This document shows, one piece after another, positions 42,759 through 54,791 of a DNA stretch of 64,000 nucleotides. The notes under the pieces are model-generated. The model was not told where the DNA came from, made no database searches, and saw nothing but the letters and a program-made list of their open reading frames with translations. Both the position numbers and the translations under genes were made by a program. How positions within the stretch are numbered: the stretch's first letter is position 1; the number at the start of each line of letters is the position of its first letter. Origin of the DNA: an uncultured delta proteobacterium (GTDB lineage Bacteria; Desulfobacterota; WTBG01; CAIYCZ01; CAIRTM01); the NCBI GenBank assembly GCA_963804955.1, contig CAWDSQ010000007.1:96001-160000 (forward strand), written 5' to 3'.

Positions 42759-44517
42759 TCACTTTCCCTCGCTAATGGCTTCTTTTTTGCAAATCTGTGC
42801 GCAAACCGTGCAGCCCGTGCACAGCGTCTGGTCGATAGAGGCCTTGCCCTTGTCGCCGTCATTGCGCCACTCAAGGGCCGGGCAGCCGATCTGCAGGCAG
42901 GCCCTGCAGCCGATGCAGGCAGCCTCGTCTACAGCATGGGGCTTACGGGTCGCTTTAAACTCCCGGCGGTGCAGCACGCAGGGGGCCTCTGACAGGATAA
43001 CCGAAGCCTCGGGCCGGTTCACTTCTTCCTGAATAACGCTCTTGACCTGAGCCAGATCATAGGGGTTCACTTTTCTGATATGCTCGATGCCCAGCGCCCG
43101 GCAGAGCACTTCATAATTGACCTGCCTGGCGGGCTTTCCCATAAGGGTAAATCCCGTGCCAGGATGCTCCTGCCGGCCGGTCATGGCGGTAATGCGGTTA
43201 TCGAGAATAATAACCGTGCAGGCGCCCTGGTTATACGCGATATCAAGCAGGCCGGTAATGCCCGAGTGCAGAAAGGTCGAATCGCCGATGACAGCCACGG
43301 CCTTGCCGAGATTATTTTCTCCCAAAGCCTTGTCGATGCCCATGGCGCAGCTGACGCTTGCACCCATGCAGATGCAGGTGTCCATGGCGCTTATTGGCGG
43401 CAGGGCGCCCAAGGGTATAGCAGCCGATATCGCCCGACACAAACAGCTTCATGGTCTTCAGTGTATGAAAAATGCCGCGGTGCGGGCAGCCCGGACACAT
43501 ATTGGGCGGCCGGGCGGGGATATAATCAAGCAGGGGCTTTTCTTCTTTTTTCAGCCTGATGCCGGCAATGCCCGCATCGGCTGTTGCGGGGTTGAATTCG
43601 CCGCAGAGGGGAAAGACCTCTTTGCCGGTCACGTCAATGCCCAGGGCCTTTATCTGTTCTTCATAAAAAGGATCAAGCTCCTCGATCACGTAGAGCTTTT
43701 TCACCTTCCCGGCAAACTCCTTTATTTTCTTCGCCGGAAGCGGATGGACCATGGAGAGTTTTAAAAACGATTTTGCCGGAAAGCTTTCCCGTGCATACTG
43801 ATATGATGTGCCGCTGGCTATAATGCCGATATCGGTTTCCTGCAGAATAATTTCATTGCCGGCAAAGGAGTCGGCAAATTCAGCCAGTTTTCTGGTTCGC
43901 TCCTCGACAAGGGGATGGCGCATGCGGGCATTGCGCGGCAGCATGACGAATTTCTCAAACTGGTGCTGCAGCTCTTTGGGCGCTTCGCGCTTTTCCGGCT
44001 CGACAAGCTCCACAATAGATTTGGCATGAGATATACGCGTCGTTGAGCGCACAAATACGGGCGTATCAAAACGCTCGCTGAGCTCGAAGGCAAGCTTTAT
44101 GAAATCTTTTGCCTCCTGGCTGTCTGCGGGCTCAAGCATCGGAATTTTGGAAAATTTGGCATAATTGCGGTTGTCCTGCTCATTCTGTGAGCTGTGCATT
44201 TCCGGGTCATCGGCAGTGATAATCACCAGGCCGCCGCGCACGCCGGTATAGGAGGCGGTAAACAGGGGGTCGGCAGCCACATTGACCCCCACATGCTTCA
44301 TGCAGGCAAGCGCCCTGCCTCCTGCAATGGCGGCGCCGAGTGCCACCTCAAGAGCCACTTTCTCATTGGGAGACCACTCGGCGTATATCTCCTTATACTG
44401 GACGATATTTTCAAGAATCTCGGTGCTGGGCGTACCCGGGTAGGCCGCTGCCACCTTCACCCCCGCTTCGTAGGCGCCCCGCGCTATTGCCTCATTGCCT
44501 GACAGTAAAACCTTCAT
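42759..44517 (-). CDS. iorA: Indolepyruvate:ferredoxin oxidoreductase alpha subunit (frameshift near 43415)
   Basis: GNEAIARG, YPGTPSTE, CPGCPHR, GDIGCY, GDSTFLHSG and two C-terminal ferredoxin motifs. Confidence 0.96.
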
Positions 44518-44598
44518 ACGTGCCGCCTTCCGCCTCTAGAAAGTAAAAAAGGGGGTGAGCTTTCGTCCACCCCCTTTGTGCCCTGCAAAATTTCTACA

Positions 44599-46003
44599 TT
44601 AGTATTTCACGATCAGTTCAACAAAGCCGTAATTATTGTCTTTTATATTTCCCGAATTTCTGGGCTTGTCGACATCATTCAGATAATATTCAAAGTACAG
44701 GTCTGCCATGGGATGAAGATGATAGACGATCAAAGGCGTCCACTGCTTCTTATCCCAGGCGCCGCTTCCGCGTATATCCCGGATTGTTTTCTGGTCGTAA
44801 TTGGCCTCTGAATAGCGCAGCCAGAAATCCATTCTCAGCGGTTTCAGCTTGTAGCCGACCATGGCATACCACCAGTCGCTGGTCACATCGGAAACTGAAC
44901 CCCGCAGATATTCAGCCTTCACGGCATAGGGGCCGTAATCCCAGGCAAGGTCCATGCCGCCGCGCCGGTCACTGCGCGCACGGGAAGGATTGCCAAAGAA
45001 ATTGCCCTGCATGCCCGCATTGCGGCCCATGATGGAATTGAAGTTGTTCAGATCGTTATCGCTGAGCTTCTGGGTAAAATAACTTGCGCCGATTTCAAGC
45101 TTATCAATAAAAGCCTGCTTGGCGAAAACATAGCCCAGACGCGAACTGAAGGCCTTATTGTTGTTGTCATCAAGATTCATCTGGCCGACACCGAGCTGGC
45201 GGATGCCTGCGGGACGTGCGCCGAATCTGCCGCCATCGCCGTTAATCCCATAGCCGTTGAAGACTGCAAAATTCCACCGCCACTGCTGCCACTTGGTCAG
45301 GTACTGAATACCGGTAATGCGGGATATATTGTTCTCTACATGAAACAGGCTGTAGTCGCTGGTGACGCGACCGTCATAGGTGCCGCCGGGAACAATGCCG
45401 TACGCCATATTCCTGTGTTTTACCGACAATGAGCTTGCCTTCAACAGGGCCGATATTTAGGTTGCGAAACTCGGCAAATGCCGCCTCGAAAAACGTCGTC
45501 GGGCCTGCCCAGTTGCTGTAGTTGGAAAATTCGGTGCGCCCGGTTGCATTGCCGCTGGGATGAAACCACAGATGAAATTCCCCGGAAATATTTTCGCTCA
45601 CATCATAGCGCACGTTGACCGCGATTTCGGTCACGTCGAATGAATTTTCCTCATGGTCACCTTCCCACCAGCGCGAGCGAACATAGCCGTTGAGCTTGAG
45701 GTGGCTGAATTTTTTCGCAAGGTCATCAAGAGTCTTGAACTTTCCGGATACCTCGGCAACCTTCTGGTCAACCTGCTGGGCAGTCTGCGTTGCCTGCTGC
45801 TGTGCCGAGACCGCGCTTTGCTGAGTTGTTTCAAGCTGCTTCTGCAGATCCTGCATCTTCTTCTGCATCTGTTCCATCTGCTTTTTCATCATCAGAAGCT
45901 GCTGCTCAACGCCTGACTGATCCGGATTCGCGGCGGCAACCCCCGATAAAGAAAAGATGCTCAAAAAGAGCAGCACTGCGATGAATTTTACTGCATGTGT
46001 CAT
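44599..46003 (-). CDS. Outer-membrane porin with an N-terminal coiled coil (frameshift near 45420)
   Basis: Signal peptide, Q-rich coiled coil, amphipathic beta strands and a terminal aromatic residue (ELIVKY). Confidence 0.78.
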
Positions 46004-46148
46004 TGGACCCCCTTATTATATATTATATATTTTAATTTTAAGTGTGCTGTGCTTCAATCCGTGGCTTTAGGAGATTTTATTATCCAGTACTCCCCTATTC
46101 CGCCATATTTCAATTCTCACCCAAATCTTTTCTTGAAAACAAGGGGCA

Positions 46149-46664
46149 CTATTGTGCAACGCCAACGCTCATACCGAAAGTTGCCGTAAACTTCACCGGG
46201 GTACCATTGAGATCGCCGTCTAGGTTGCTGATGTAAACAACCATAAGGGCAAAACCGTAAGCAGTATTAAACTTAATGGTCTTTTTCAGCTCATTGGGCA
46301 CGGTGGTTACCGGAGCGAACACAGTGGGCTTACCTAATTTAAAAGCGGGTTTTGTGTCCAGGCTAATGGCAACACCCTGAACCGTAAAGTCTACATCCGT
46401 TCCGAACTCCTCTGTCACAGCAGACTTAATCGATATGCTTAAATCGCCAACCAGGGTTTCATTGTCGCCGGTGCCGATGACCAGAAACAGCTGAGCAGGG
46501 CCGAGCTTGCTGAAGTTGATTTCATCACCGAGAATGAATTCGCGGGCAATCGTATCACCCGGGTCCATTGAAATAATCGGGCTGGCTGCCTGTGCACTGC
46601 TGCATACCATGGCCAGAGCACAACAAATGCCAGCCAACGCGAAACTGATTTTTGCCTTTTTCAT
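46149..46664 (-). CDS. Exported hypothetical protein
   Basis: GGAGG RBS, signal peptide ending AQA, beta-rich mature region. Confidence 0.7.
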   Translation of the reverse strand: MKKAKISFALAGICCALAMVCSSAQAASPIISMDPGDTIAREFILGDEINFSKLGPAQLFLVIGTGDNETLVGDLSISIKSAVTEEFGTDVDFTVQGVAISLDTKPAFKLGKPTVFAPVTTVPNELKKTIKFNTAYGFALMVVYISNLDGDLNGTPVKFTATFGMSVGVAQ

Positions 46665-46938
46665 GAATATCCTCCCTTTGTTTGTTTGTATTGAGGTCCA
46701 TATAGTGCAAACTAAGCCCGACAACTATCTTCTGCTGACTGCAATGGTTCAGCTTTCCTGACAATTACTGGCGCGTTTGCCCGTAAAATAAGTCTGTGCA
46801 ACACAATTTGTTCCGAATTGTTGCATACATATAAAAAAAACAACCCTGTGTCAATTAATATATTGGTCAAATCGATAAAAATTTTTAACTATGCGCATGC
46901 CGGCACTTTTTTTTATTGATGCCGCCAAAAAATCCGCT

Positions 46939-47920
46939 TCAAGAAGCTCCATGCTCTGCAGCTGAAACCGGCTCCTGACCTGCAAAAAAACACCGGGGGT
47001 TATCCCGCAGCATGGTCTGAATATGCTCATCGGTAACGCCGCCATACTGCAGCATGGGAACGATACGTTCGAAAAAGTTCGTTGGTTTCCAGTTTTTATG
47101 CCGGCCTGTGCCCATGCTCGGGCCGCCTACCCAGTGCCACACTGAATCGTGAGAAATCATAATGCGCGAGGCCCATCCCGCATGAATCAGCTTGAGCAGG
47201 CTGTCCACGCGCACCTCGTCGGGCAGTACGGTTTCCATGCCGATCTGGTCGAAACCGAGATATGACCCTGCCTGAACAATGCCGTGGTGATAGGCATAGC
47301 TGGTCGAGCTGCAGCTGTGGCCTATGATGATGCTGCGTGCGGGCACACCCGCAGCAGTGAAGATGCGCTGCTGCTCGTCTCCGAGTACGCCATCGGTGTG
47401 GGTGATGATGGGCGCCCCTGTTGCGACAGAGGCATGGGCAGCCGCAAGAAGCAGCTCCTGCTCATCAGGGCGGATGACGGGGGCGGTAGAGACAACCTTG
47501 ATAAAGCCGGCCTTAACGCCCGTATCGCCGATGCCATCGGTAAGCTCACGTATAAATAAATCAGCAATGGCATCAGGGCTGCCGCCCAGACGGTCACGGA
47601 GCCGCACATAGGTGGCTGTGCTGTATATGCCGGTGCAGCAGATAATATTCAAGCCGGTCTGCGCTGCAATCTCGGCCATAAGCGGCACATTACGACCAAG
47701 GTCGGCAGTCGTCGGGTCCACAATGCTTTGAACGCCATAGGCCCTGATCTGCGCAATATAATCCAGGCACCCGGCCATGGCCTCGTCGCGGGGCGGCCCG
47801 GATGGCAGTACTCCGCCGAGAGGGCCGCCATACTGCACGAACATATGTTCATGCATAAGCGTTGGGCCGAGTTCATCGGGTGTAATTGTCCCGGTAACGG
47901 TACTGATGGAAACTGGTCAT
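46939..47920 (-). CDS. Phosphotriesterase-family amidohydrolase (frameshift in the first codons)
   Basis: TVTG...GPTLMHEH, GRNV, IITHT and ISHD. Confidence 0.9.
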
Positions 47921-48024
47921 AAAAATCTCCTTTTCAAGTCAAATCAAAACCATTTTCATGCACGCCATGATAATGGAATCAACAGTAATGGCAAGCTGTA
48001 TCTCTTTCGTCTGAATTATTTGCA

Positions 48025-48053
48025 TTGACGCTCACCTACCTTCAACCTATACT
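48025..48053 (+). promoter_or_regulatory. Sigma-70 promoter upstream of queE
   Basis: TTGACG-N17-TATACT. Confidence 0.6.
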
Positions 48054-48201
48054 GAAATTTCAAAACAATCATCTCACTCAAACACACAAAAAGCGCCCTT
48101 CGCGGAGACATGTCAGCTCAGACTCTTTAAAAAGCTGTCAGATACCTGACAAGGCAAATTTCGAACAGAGAACTGCCATACAACCATGAATTAAAAACGC
48201 C

Positions 48202-48844
48202 ATGCTGAAGGTCAATGAACTATTTTACAGCATTCAGGGCGAATCGTCATATGCCGGACTGCCCTGTGTTTTTGTGCGGCTCACGGGATGCAATCTGCGC
48301 TGCTCATGGTGCGATACGGCCTATGCCTATGAAGAAGGCTTTAACTGTCTCGCTTGATGAGATCATGTCACGCATACGGGCATATCCCTGCCGCCTTGTT
48401 GAAATAACCGGCGGAGAACCACTCCTGCAGCAGGAAACCCCCGTGCTTGCAGCCCGCCTGCTCGACCAGGGCTATACCGTACTTATCGAAACCAACGGGT
48501 CAAAAAACATAGATATTCTTGATTCCCGCTGCGTTCGCATCATGGATATAAAATGCCCGTCGAGCCGGGAATCCGGTAATAATGATTTTGCCAATCTCGG
48601 GCGCCTCACGGCCCATGATGAGGTAAAATTTGTTATCGGCTCACGTGAAGATTATGACTATGCTAAGGCCGTGCTGAAAAAACTCCCCGACTTTTTCAAA
48701 ATAAAAAATATTCATTTTTCACCACTCTATGATATACTGACCCCAGTCATGCTTGCAGGCTGGATGCTTGAGGACGGGATGGCTGCACGGCTTTCGCTGC
48801 AGCTGCATAAAATCATCTGGCCGGATAAGCTTCGCGGGGTATAG
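48202..48844 (+). CDS. queE: 7-carboxy-7-deazaguanine synthase, radical SAM (frameshift near 48340)
   Basis: FYSIQGE and [14 protein letters not shown] from the ATG at 48202, then [13 protein letters not shown] and LQLHK. Confidence 0.93.
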
Positions 48845-48991
48845 GCCACACTTCCCACGAAACGCGTCGGCAGGAAAAAAAAATAAAAAACCCGTGAAAA
48901 TGAAAGTATTAATTGGACACCTGTAAACGATGCGGACAAACAGCTTTTGCAAGCTGAAAAGGTAAAAAAACTATTTATTAAGGAGCGTAGA

Positions 48992-49442
48992 ATGAATCCA
49001 CTTGAAGTTTTCCGGGAAAAATTTGCCACCTATCGCAAAATTCTGGACGAAGCAGGAGAAAAAAAAGCATGGGATACGCTCTTTGAGGGCTACCCCGAGC
49101 GGCAGCGCAATAACATGGGTAAATTTTTTGAAAAAAACCCCACCCTTGCCGCAGCTTTCAGTGATGCGGTTGCGCCCTATAAGCAAATCGGCATGGAAAT
49201 GGAAGTTGTCGACATTTCCAACAATACGACCGATGGCGTGCTTGAGATTCAGCGGGTCTGCCCATGTCTGAAGTTCGGCATTCACTCTGGAATCCAAGTT
49301 TGACAAGCCCTGCCATGTCATCTGCGAGATGGATGTGGCCGCCACCGAGGCGGCATTCCCCGGCATGAAAGGCACTATTCTCTCCCGTATGGCTGATGGC
49401 GATTGCGTCTGCATGTTTAAATACGAGCGCGAAAAAAAATAA
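48992..49442 (+). CDS. ATC-hydrolase/V4R-like small protein (frameshift near 49290)
   Basis: CP...C...CEMD...SRMADGDCVCMF Cys pattern across two frames. Confidence 0.6.
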
Positions 49443-49457
49443 CCTGCTGAGAGAGCA

Positions 49458-49488
49458 AAGCCGCCCGTTTATGACGGGCGGCTTTTTT
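49458..49488. terminator. Terminator between convergent genes
   Basis: aaagccgcccgt-ttatg-acgggcggcttttt. Confidence 0.8.
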
Positions 49489-49941
49489 ATACCCTTTTGC
49501 CGCCGAAGGATTCGACTCGAATCTTCCAGAAACTTGATGACTCCGGGTTCTGCAGCGTCTTCTCAAGAAGGCCGTTCCATGCGCCCTCAGGCATGCCCAG
49601 ATGTTTTTCTCCTGCCCGAACAGCTTTTTTCAGCTCATCCGGATAGTCACATGCTCCAGCACGCCGTCGCAAATAACAGAGGTATAGTACATCTTCTGCA
49701 TCCCGAAATCCTCCGGCACCCGGCAGACCGCAAAGCAGACATTTTTATTCCTGTCGATATAGGCCATTTTGCGGCCTTCCTGCCGTATGGTAATATGAAT
49801 ACAGCCCGTATCGTAAAAATAGGCAAGAGGAATGGCTATAGGGTGTTTCGCCATCAGTGAGCGAAAGAAAGCCCATCTTCTCAGCAGCAAGAAAATCCGG
49901 TCTATTTCAGCCTGTGACATGGTTTTAATATCATACTGCAT
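49487..49941 (-). CDS. Pyridoxamine-5'-phosphate oxidase-like flavin-binding protein (frameshifted)
   Basis: MSQAEID...P.AIPLAY...EGRKM...NKNVCF...YTSVICDG. Confidence 0.75.
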
Positions 49942-49965
49942 GGCAGTGATCCCCTTGACAACAGA

Positions 49966-50769
49966 TTAATGAACTTCAAGCCCGCCGCATACATTGATGG
50001 CCTGACTGGTAATGTAGCTTGCCTCATCTGAAGCCAGGAACGCAACGGCCCCGGCAATATCATCGGGAACGCCGACACGGGCTATTTTAATCATGCGGCT
50101 GTCCATCGCGGTTTCAACCACCATTTTTATGGTGCTGCCATGGGGTATATCCATTATTTTATCACTGCGGTGCCAGATAGGGGTGTCGATAAGGCCCGGG
50201 CATATCGCATTAACCGTAATATCAAAAGGTCCGAACTGCAGGGCAAGCGCCTGGGTGAGGGCAATCAAAGCGCTTTTGGATGAAGCATAGGTGATACTGC
50301 CACCCCGGTTGGTTTTACCTTCGGTTGAGGCGATATTGATAATACGGCCTTTAATGCCGCTGTCGATCATGTGTTTGGCTATCGCTTTGGTAAAAAAGAA
50401 CGGGCCGCGTACATTGATCGCATAAATGCGGTCCCACAGCGCCTGATCGATATCCTCGTAAAATGCATTGCTGTCGCCGGTTCCGGCATTGTTGACCAGT
50501 ATGTCCAGCTTCCCCAGCTTTTCAAGCGCTCCGGCAGCCGTTGCTTCCACATCCTGAACAAGGGCAATATCGCAGGTGAAGGGATATGCTGCGCGGCCGA
50601 GTTCCTGAATCATGCCCGCGGTTTCCGCAACTCCCTGCTCATTGACATCCACAACAGCAATATCTGCGCCTTCCTGCGCAAGCCGAAGAGCTATGGCCCT
50701 GCCGATACCGCTGCCGGCGCCAGTAATCAAAGCCGCCTTACCCTGAAAACGGTTTACGTTCTGCTCCAC
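49966..50769 (-). CDS. Short-chain dehydrogenase/reductase
   Basis: TGAGSGIG, NNAG, YASSK and NAICPG. Confidence 0.95.
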   Translation of the reverse strand: MEQNVNRFQGKAALITGAGSGIGRAIALRLAQEGADIAVVDVNEQGVAETAGMIQELGRAAYPFTCDIALVQDVEATAAGALEKLGKLDILVNNAGTGDSNAFYEDIDQALWDRIYAINVRGPFFFTKAIAKHMIDSGIKGRIINIASTEGKTNRGGSITYASSKSALIALTQALALQFGPFDITVNAICPGLIDTPIWHRSDKIMDIPHGSTIKMVVETAMDSRMIKIARVGVPDDIAGAVAFLASDEASYITSQAINVCGGLEVH

Positions 50770-50905
50770 AATGTATTCCTTTCTTTTACATGTTACGCTC
50801 AGAATAAATATACTATCCGGCATACTGCATGCCACAGATATTGCTGCCCTGAAACAGTGTACCGGCGCCTGGCGCACACAAGCCGCGCAACAAGCGCTAG
50901 CAGCT

Positions 50906-51472
50906 CTAGCGAGGCCCCCCAGCTTTTTCTGATGGAACCCCGCTGGGGCGCACATGCTTTTTACGCTTCCTGGGCTTTGGCTTGGGCTTCTTGACAATCT
51001 TTTCTCCCGCAGGACTGCCGTCGGGATTATAGCTTTTCACAGCTGCCAGGTCATCGGGCCCGGTAACGCGGTAATCCCACTCTTCCTTTATCTTGCCATT
51101 GCGGTAAAAAACCTTTTTAGACTGGGCGTTTCCGTCAACATACTGTATGTCCTCCATCAGCTCACCGGTTTCATAATATTCTTTTCCGATGCCCTGAGGC
51201 ATATCCTTCGTATAATTGCATTCCGACTTGACCGTACCGCTCTCATAATATTCCCGGCTCAGGCCCTCCTGCCTGCCATCTGTGTAATTTGATTCAGACA
51301 TGAGCTTTCCGCTCTCATAATACATCTTGCTCAGGCCCTGCATGGTGAGGCCCTTCATGCTGAGCTCGGCCATAATATTCCCATTCTTATAATACTGTTT
51401 GATAATGCCGGCCGATACCGTACCTGAAGCAAGCACCAGCAGCACAAGTGCGACAGCAAAAATCCTTGCCAT
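50906..51472 (-). CDS. Exported MORN-variant (YwqK-like) repeat protein
   Basis: Signal peptide and repeats of G..K.YYESG. The C-terminus may be frameshifted. Confidence 0.8.
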   Translation of the reverse strand: MARIFAVALVLLVLASGTVSAGIIKQYYKNGNIMAELSMKGLTMQGLSKMYYESGKLMSESNYTDGRQEGLSREYYESGTVKSECNYTKDMPQGIGKEYYETGELMEDIQYVDGNAQSKKVFYRNGKIKEEWDYRVTGPDDLAAVKSYNPDGSPAGEKIVKKPKPKPRKRKKHVRPSGVPSEKAGGPR

Positions 51473-52089
51473 ATTTTTCTCTCCGGGAAGGTTGATTTCA
51501 AATTTTGTATTGTATGGCAAACACTTCAGCACTGTCAAATGGAAACACGGCAAAGAATTAAAGGAACCGTCAGGTGCGGGGAGCTATTGGGCATTCTAAT
51601 AACAAAAGAGAAACTCTCAAAACAACTTTCTATGGCATTTTGTAAGAGCACAGATGTTTCGACGCCCCTAGTTTAAAGTCTTTTATTCAAAATTGAGCAG
51701 AGCCTGAGAGACTCTTTGTATTGCTATCTGCTGGTATATAAATTTAAATTAAAAAAACTTTATTTATATAAAAATATACTAATAATATCATTAAGCCATC
51801 ATATTAATACCAGTATTTTACTGGTATTTTATATGTTAAAAATCTTGGGTTGAGAAAATATTTTTATTTTGTTAAAATTAAAATAGAATTTTATATAATT
51901 TTTTTTCACAATTCAAACAAAAAATCGCAATAACAAATCTGGACGAATGGACGCAGGACTTTCATACAATTTGCTTCCAAAAACACTTTTCAAGCAACGA
52001 TGTGTTTAAAATAAAAAAGATTGTCTTTTTTCTTCAGGCATACAATGCATTTCTATAGATACAACTAAAATAATTTCTACAGGAGAAAC

Positions 52090-54026
52090 ATGCTTATGAG
52101 AAAAACCGAGATTAGAAAAAAACTCAGATTCTTGGCGGTAGCAGCTTCTTTTTTATGCATAGTGATGGGGTATGGGGTTTCATGGGCCGCAGACAGCGAT
52201 GGTGACGGCATTGACGATGCGATTGACAACTGCCCCGCCATTGCAAATCCCCAGCAGCTTGATGCGGATGATGATGGCATAGGAGATCTATGCGACCAGA
52301 CCCCCGGCTGCGGCGGCTGCGGCGTGCCTGCCTGTGAGGGGCAGTGCTATGATGCGGACCTTGACCATTTGGGCTGATGAGATTGATAACTGCCCGAACA
52401 TCTGCAATGCCCAGCAGCTTGATGCCGATGGCGACGGCACCGGCGATGTGTGCGACACAGCACCCGGCTGCGGGGGCTGCGGCCAGCCGGCCTGTGAAAC
52501 GGATTGCACAAAGGACCCTGAAGTAACAATAACCGCAGACCAGACTGTTGCAGACAAGTTCAACCGCTATACGGTGACAGGCATCAGGACACCCTTGCCG
52601 CAGCTTCCCGATGTGCCCGGGTTTCGGGGGGCAGCCTATGTGACGGTCGGGGATATCAACGGCGATGGAAAGCAGGATATCATTAGCACGTCAGGGACTG
52701 GATTAGATGTGAATCCTTTTACATCTGACGGAGCTGTCGCGGTCTTTACGCAGGGCGCAGATCTTGATAGCTGGAACCAGTCTGTTATTTATCCAGTTAA
52801 CACGACAGGCCTTCTTGGCTTCCCCAATGAAACAGTGCTGCGGGATATGGATGGAGATGGTCTTCTGGACATTATGGTTTTGGATAACTTTATTGCCGGC
52901 TGGTTTACCCATTTCCCGGCGGGTATATATTATTTTAAAAACCTTGGCGGCGATATCACAAACAAGCTGAACTGGGAACTAAAGACAATTTTCCGCGGAG
53001 ATGCAACCCAGATCGGCTGGTCATCCTATCATCGTGCCCGTTTTCTTGATATAGACGGAGATGGACTTGAAGACTTTCTCACCACAAAAGTGTGCATGTA
53101 CAACTGGCAGAATACTTCAGAACAGTATAATTTTATGGAATGGTGGAAGAAAAATGATAATGGCGATCCAACATCATATACAGGACCCATTGCCATAGGT
53201 GACGGCGCCGGGTTTTTGTTCGAAACGGTTGATATGGATGCGGATGGCGACCTTGACATTGTGGGCCCCCAGTTTTTCATTCAAACACCAGGCACACTTG
53301 TCGTTAAGGGCCCTGGCGATATCCGCGGCGACAGCCTCATCTGGTTTGAAAATCCGGGCACTGGTGGTGCTGTAACCCAACCCTGGAACCGCTATACGAT
53401 TGACAACTGGTACACATCCCAGAATCCCCTGGGCAAAAACTTCGAGACAATTGCAGCTGATATTGATAATGATGGAACTATTGAGCTGGTTAACACCAAC
53501 CATAACCATCAGGACTACAAGCCGAACAATGTGCCAAGTGATCCGGCCAACCACAGGATCTGGAATTCCGGGGTGTACTATCTTGGCATTCCTGCTGATC
53601 CGAAGGTTACGGCCAACTGGAAACCGATTACGATTGACCGGGGTGACCCGAACCTCGACCCGACTGATGCAGTAGCAGTAGCAAATGACACCTATGCATG
53701 TGATCGACCAGGCGGACCCTACAGCCAGGGCTCACCGGGTATGGTTCGGGCGGCAGATATCAGCGGGGATGGCTACCTTGATCTGGTTGTGCCCGGCGAC
53801 GGCAAGGGAGCGGTGTATTACTATGAATCACAGGGCAGATCTGCCGGCAAGCTGCTGTTCAAGCAGGGCAGCGCTCTATAAGGATCCTGCCTGCATGCCC
53901 GGTGATGCGCAGATTGTTGATATTGACGGCGACGGCAACCTTGAAATCGTATCAGTGATATACGATACCAGTGTCGCGAAAGACTCGACATCAGGCTCCA
54001 TATTTATTTACAAGCTGAAGCCGTAA
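52090..54026 (+). CDS. Exported thrombospondin type-3 plus FG-GAP/VCBS repeat protein (2 frameshifts)
   Basis: Signal peptide, two DNCP..N.QQLDAD.DG.GD.CD.PGCGGCG.PACE modules, many DxxGDGxxD repeats. Confidence 0.85.
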
Positions 54027-54052
54027 GAGCTGCTTGTAAAGTCTAAAAAACC

Positions 54053-54092
54053 AAGGGCGCCTGGGGCATATACTCCGGGCGCCTTTTTTTAT
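54053..54092 (+). terminator. Intrinsic terminator
   Basis: ggcgcctgg...ccgggcgcc followed by a T run. Confidence 0.8.
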
Positions 54093-54338
54093 TGCGGAAC
54101 CGCATGGAGTACTCGAAACTAAGGCGCTACGGAAAGGCTCTGGCAAAGCGTGCATGTCAGCAGGCTGAAAGTATCTCGACAATAAAAAGCACGCCAGGCT
54201 ACAATGCACCGGAAGCGGCCTGCACATGCAAGGCGGTTAGGAGCATCAATTCTGCCTTCTGCTGCGGGCTTGTAATTTAAAGTCGGAATATGCTAATAAG
54301 TATGCACGACAGTGTCCATAAACTGAAAGGAGAGAAAA

Positions 54339-54791
54339 ATGGTATCAGCAAAAATTTTTACGCCCATCGTTTTCGCACTCTGCCTTGCTTGGGGCTCTGC
54401 CTGGGCAGGACAGGAAAAGGCAACCAGCATTGTCTCCGACCAGAATCTTAAAGAAACCAAAATTATTCGACTGCATTTTATGGGCGGCATAAATCCTGCC
54501 GAACTTATCGTGAAGCCCGGCACCACGGTTGTCTGGGTCAATGACTCCCGCGCGCAGCTCGAGCTTCAATTTCAGGGCAAGCAGGTCACCATGGCATGTA
54601 AAAGCCCTGTCCATTTTTTAATCGACGACGAGGGCTCTTTCATATCAGACCGCATTCCTCCCGACTCGGTAGCAAGCCTCTGTTTTGTTGAGAAGGGAGA
54701 GTTTACCTATGTGCTTAGTAAGGTCGGGAGCTCTGCTTACACCTCACGCTCTGACGTCAATGAGTTCAAAGGCAAAATCATCGTGCAATAA
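54339..54791 (+). CDS. Exported cupredoxin-fold-like protein
   Basis: Signal peptide, P..L.VKPGTTVVWVN, F.EKGEFTY and GKIIVQ. Canonical copper ligands are not evident. Confidence 0.7.
   Translation: MVSAKIFTPIVFALCLAWGSAWAGQEKATSIVSDQNLKETKIIRLHFMGGINPAELIVKPGTTVVWVNDSRAQLELQFQGKQVTMACKSPVHFLIDDEGSFISDRIPPDSVASLCFVEKGEFTYVLSKVGSSAYTSRSDVNEFKGKIIVQ

Noticed and set aside
48202..48844. Dpd/7-deazaguanine DNA-modification island
   Set aside because: A lone queE with no dpdA, tgt-like, queC or queD neighbours.
50906..51472. YwqK antitoxin of a toxin-antitoxin pair
   Set aside because: Only generic MORN-variant repeats, and no adjacent toxin gene.
51560..52080. Replication origin or mobile-element end in the AT-rich stretch
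   Set aside because: No DnaA-box cluster, terminal repeats or mobility genes recognised. It is more simply a divergent promoter region.
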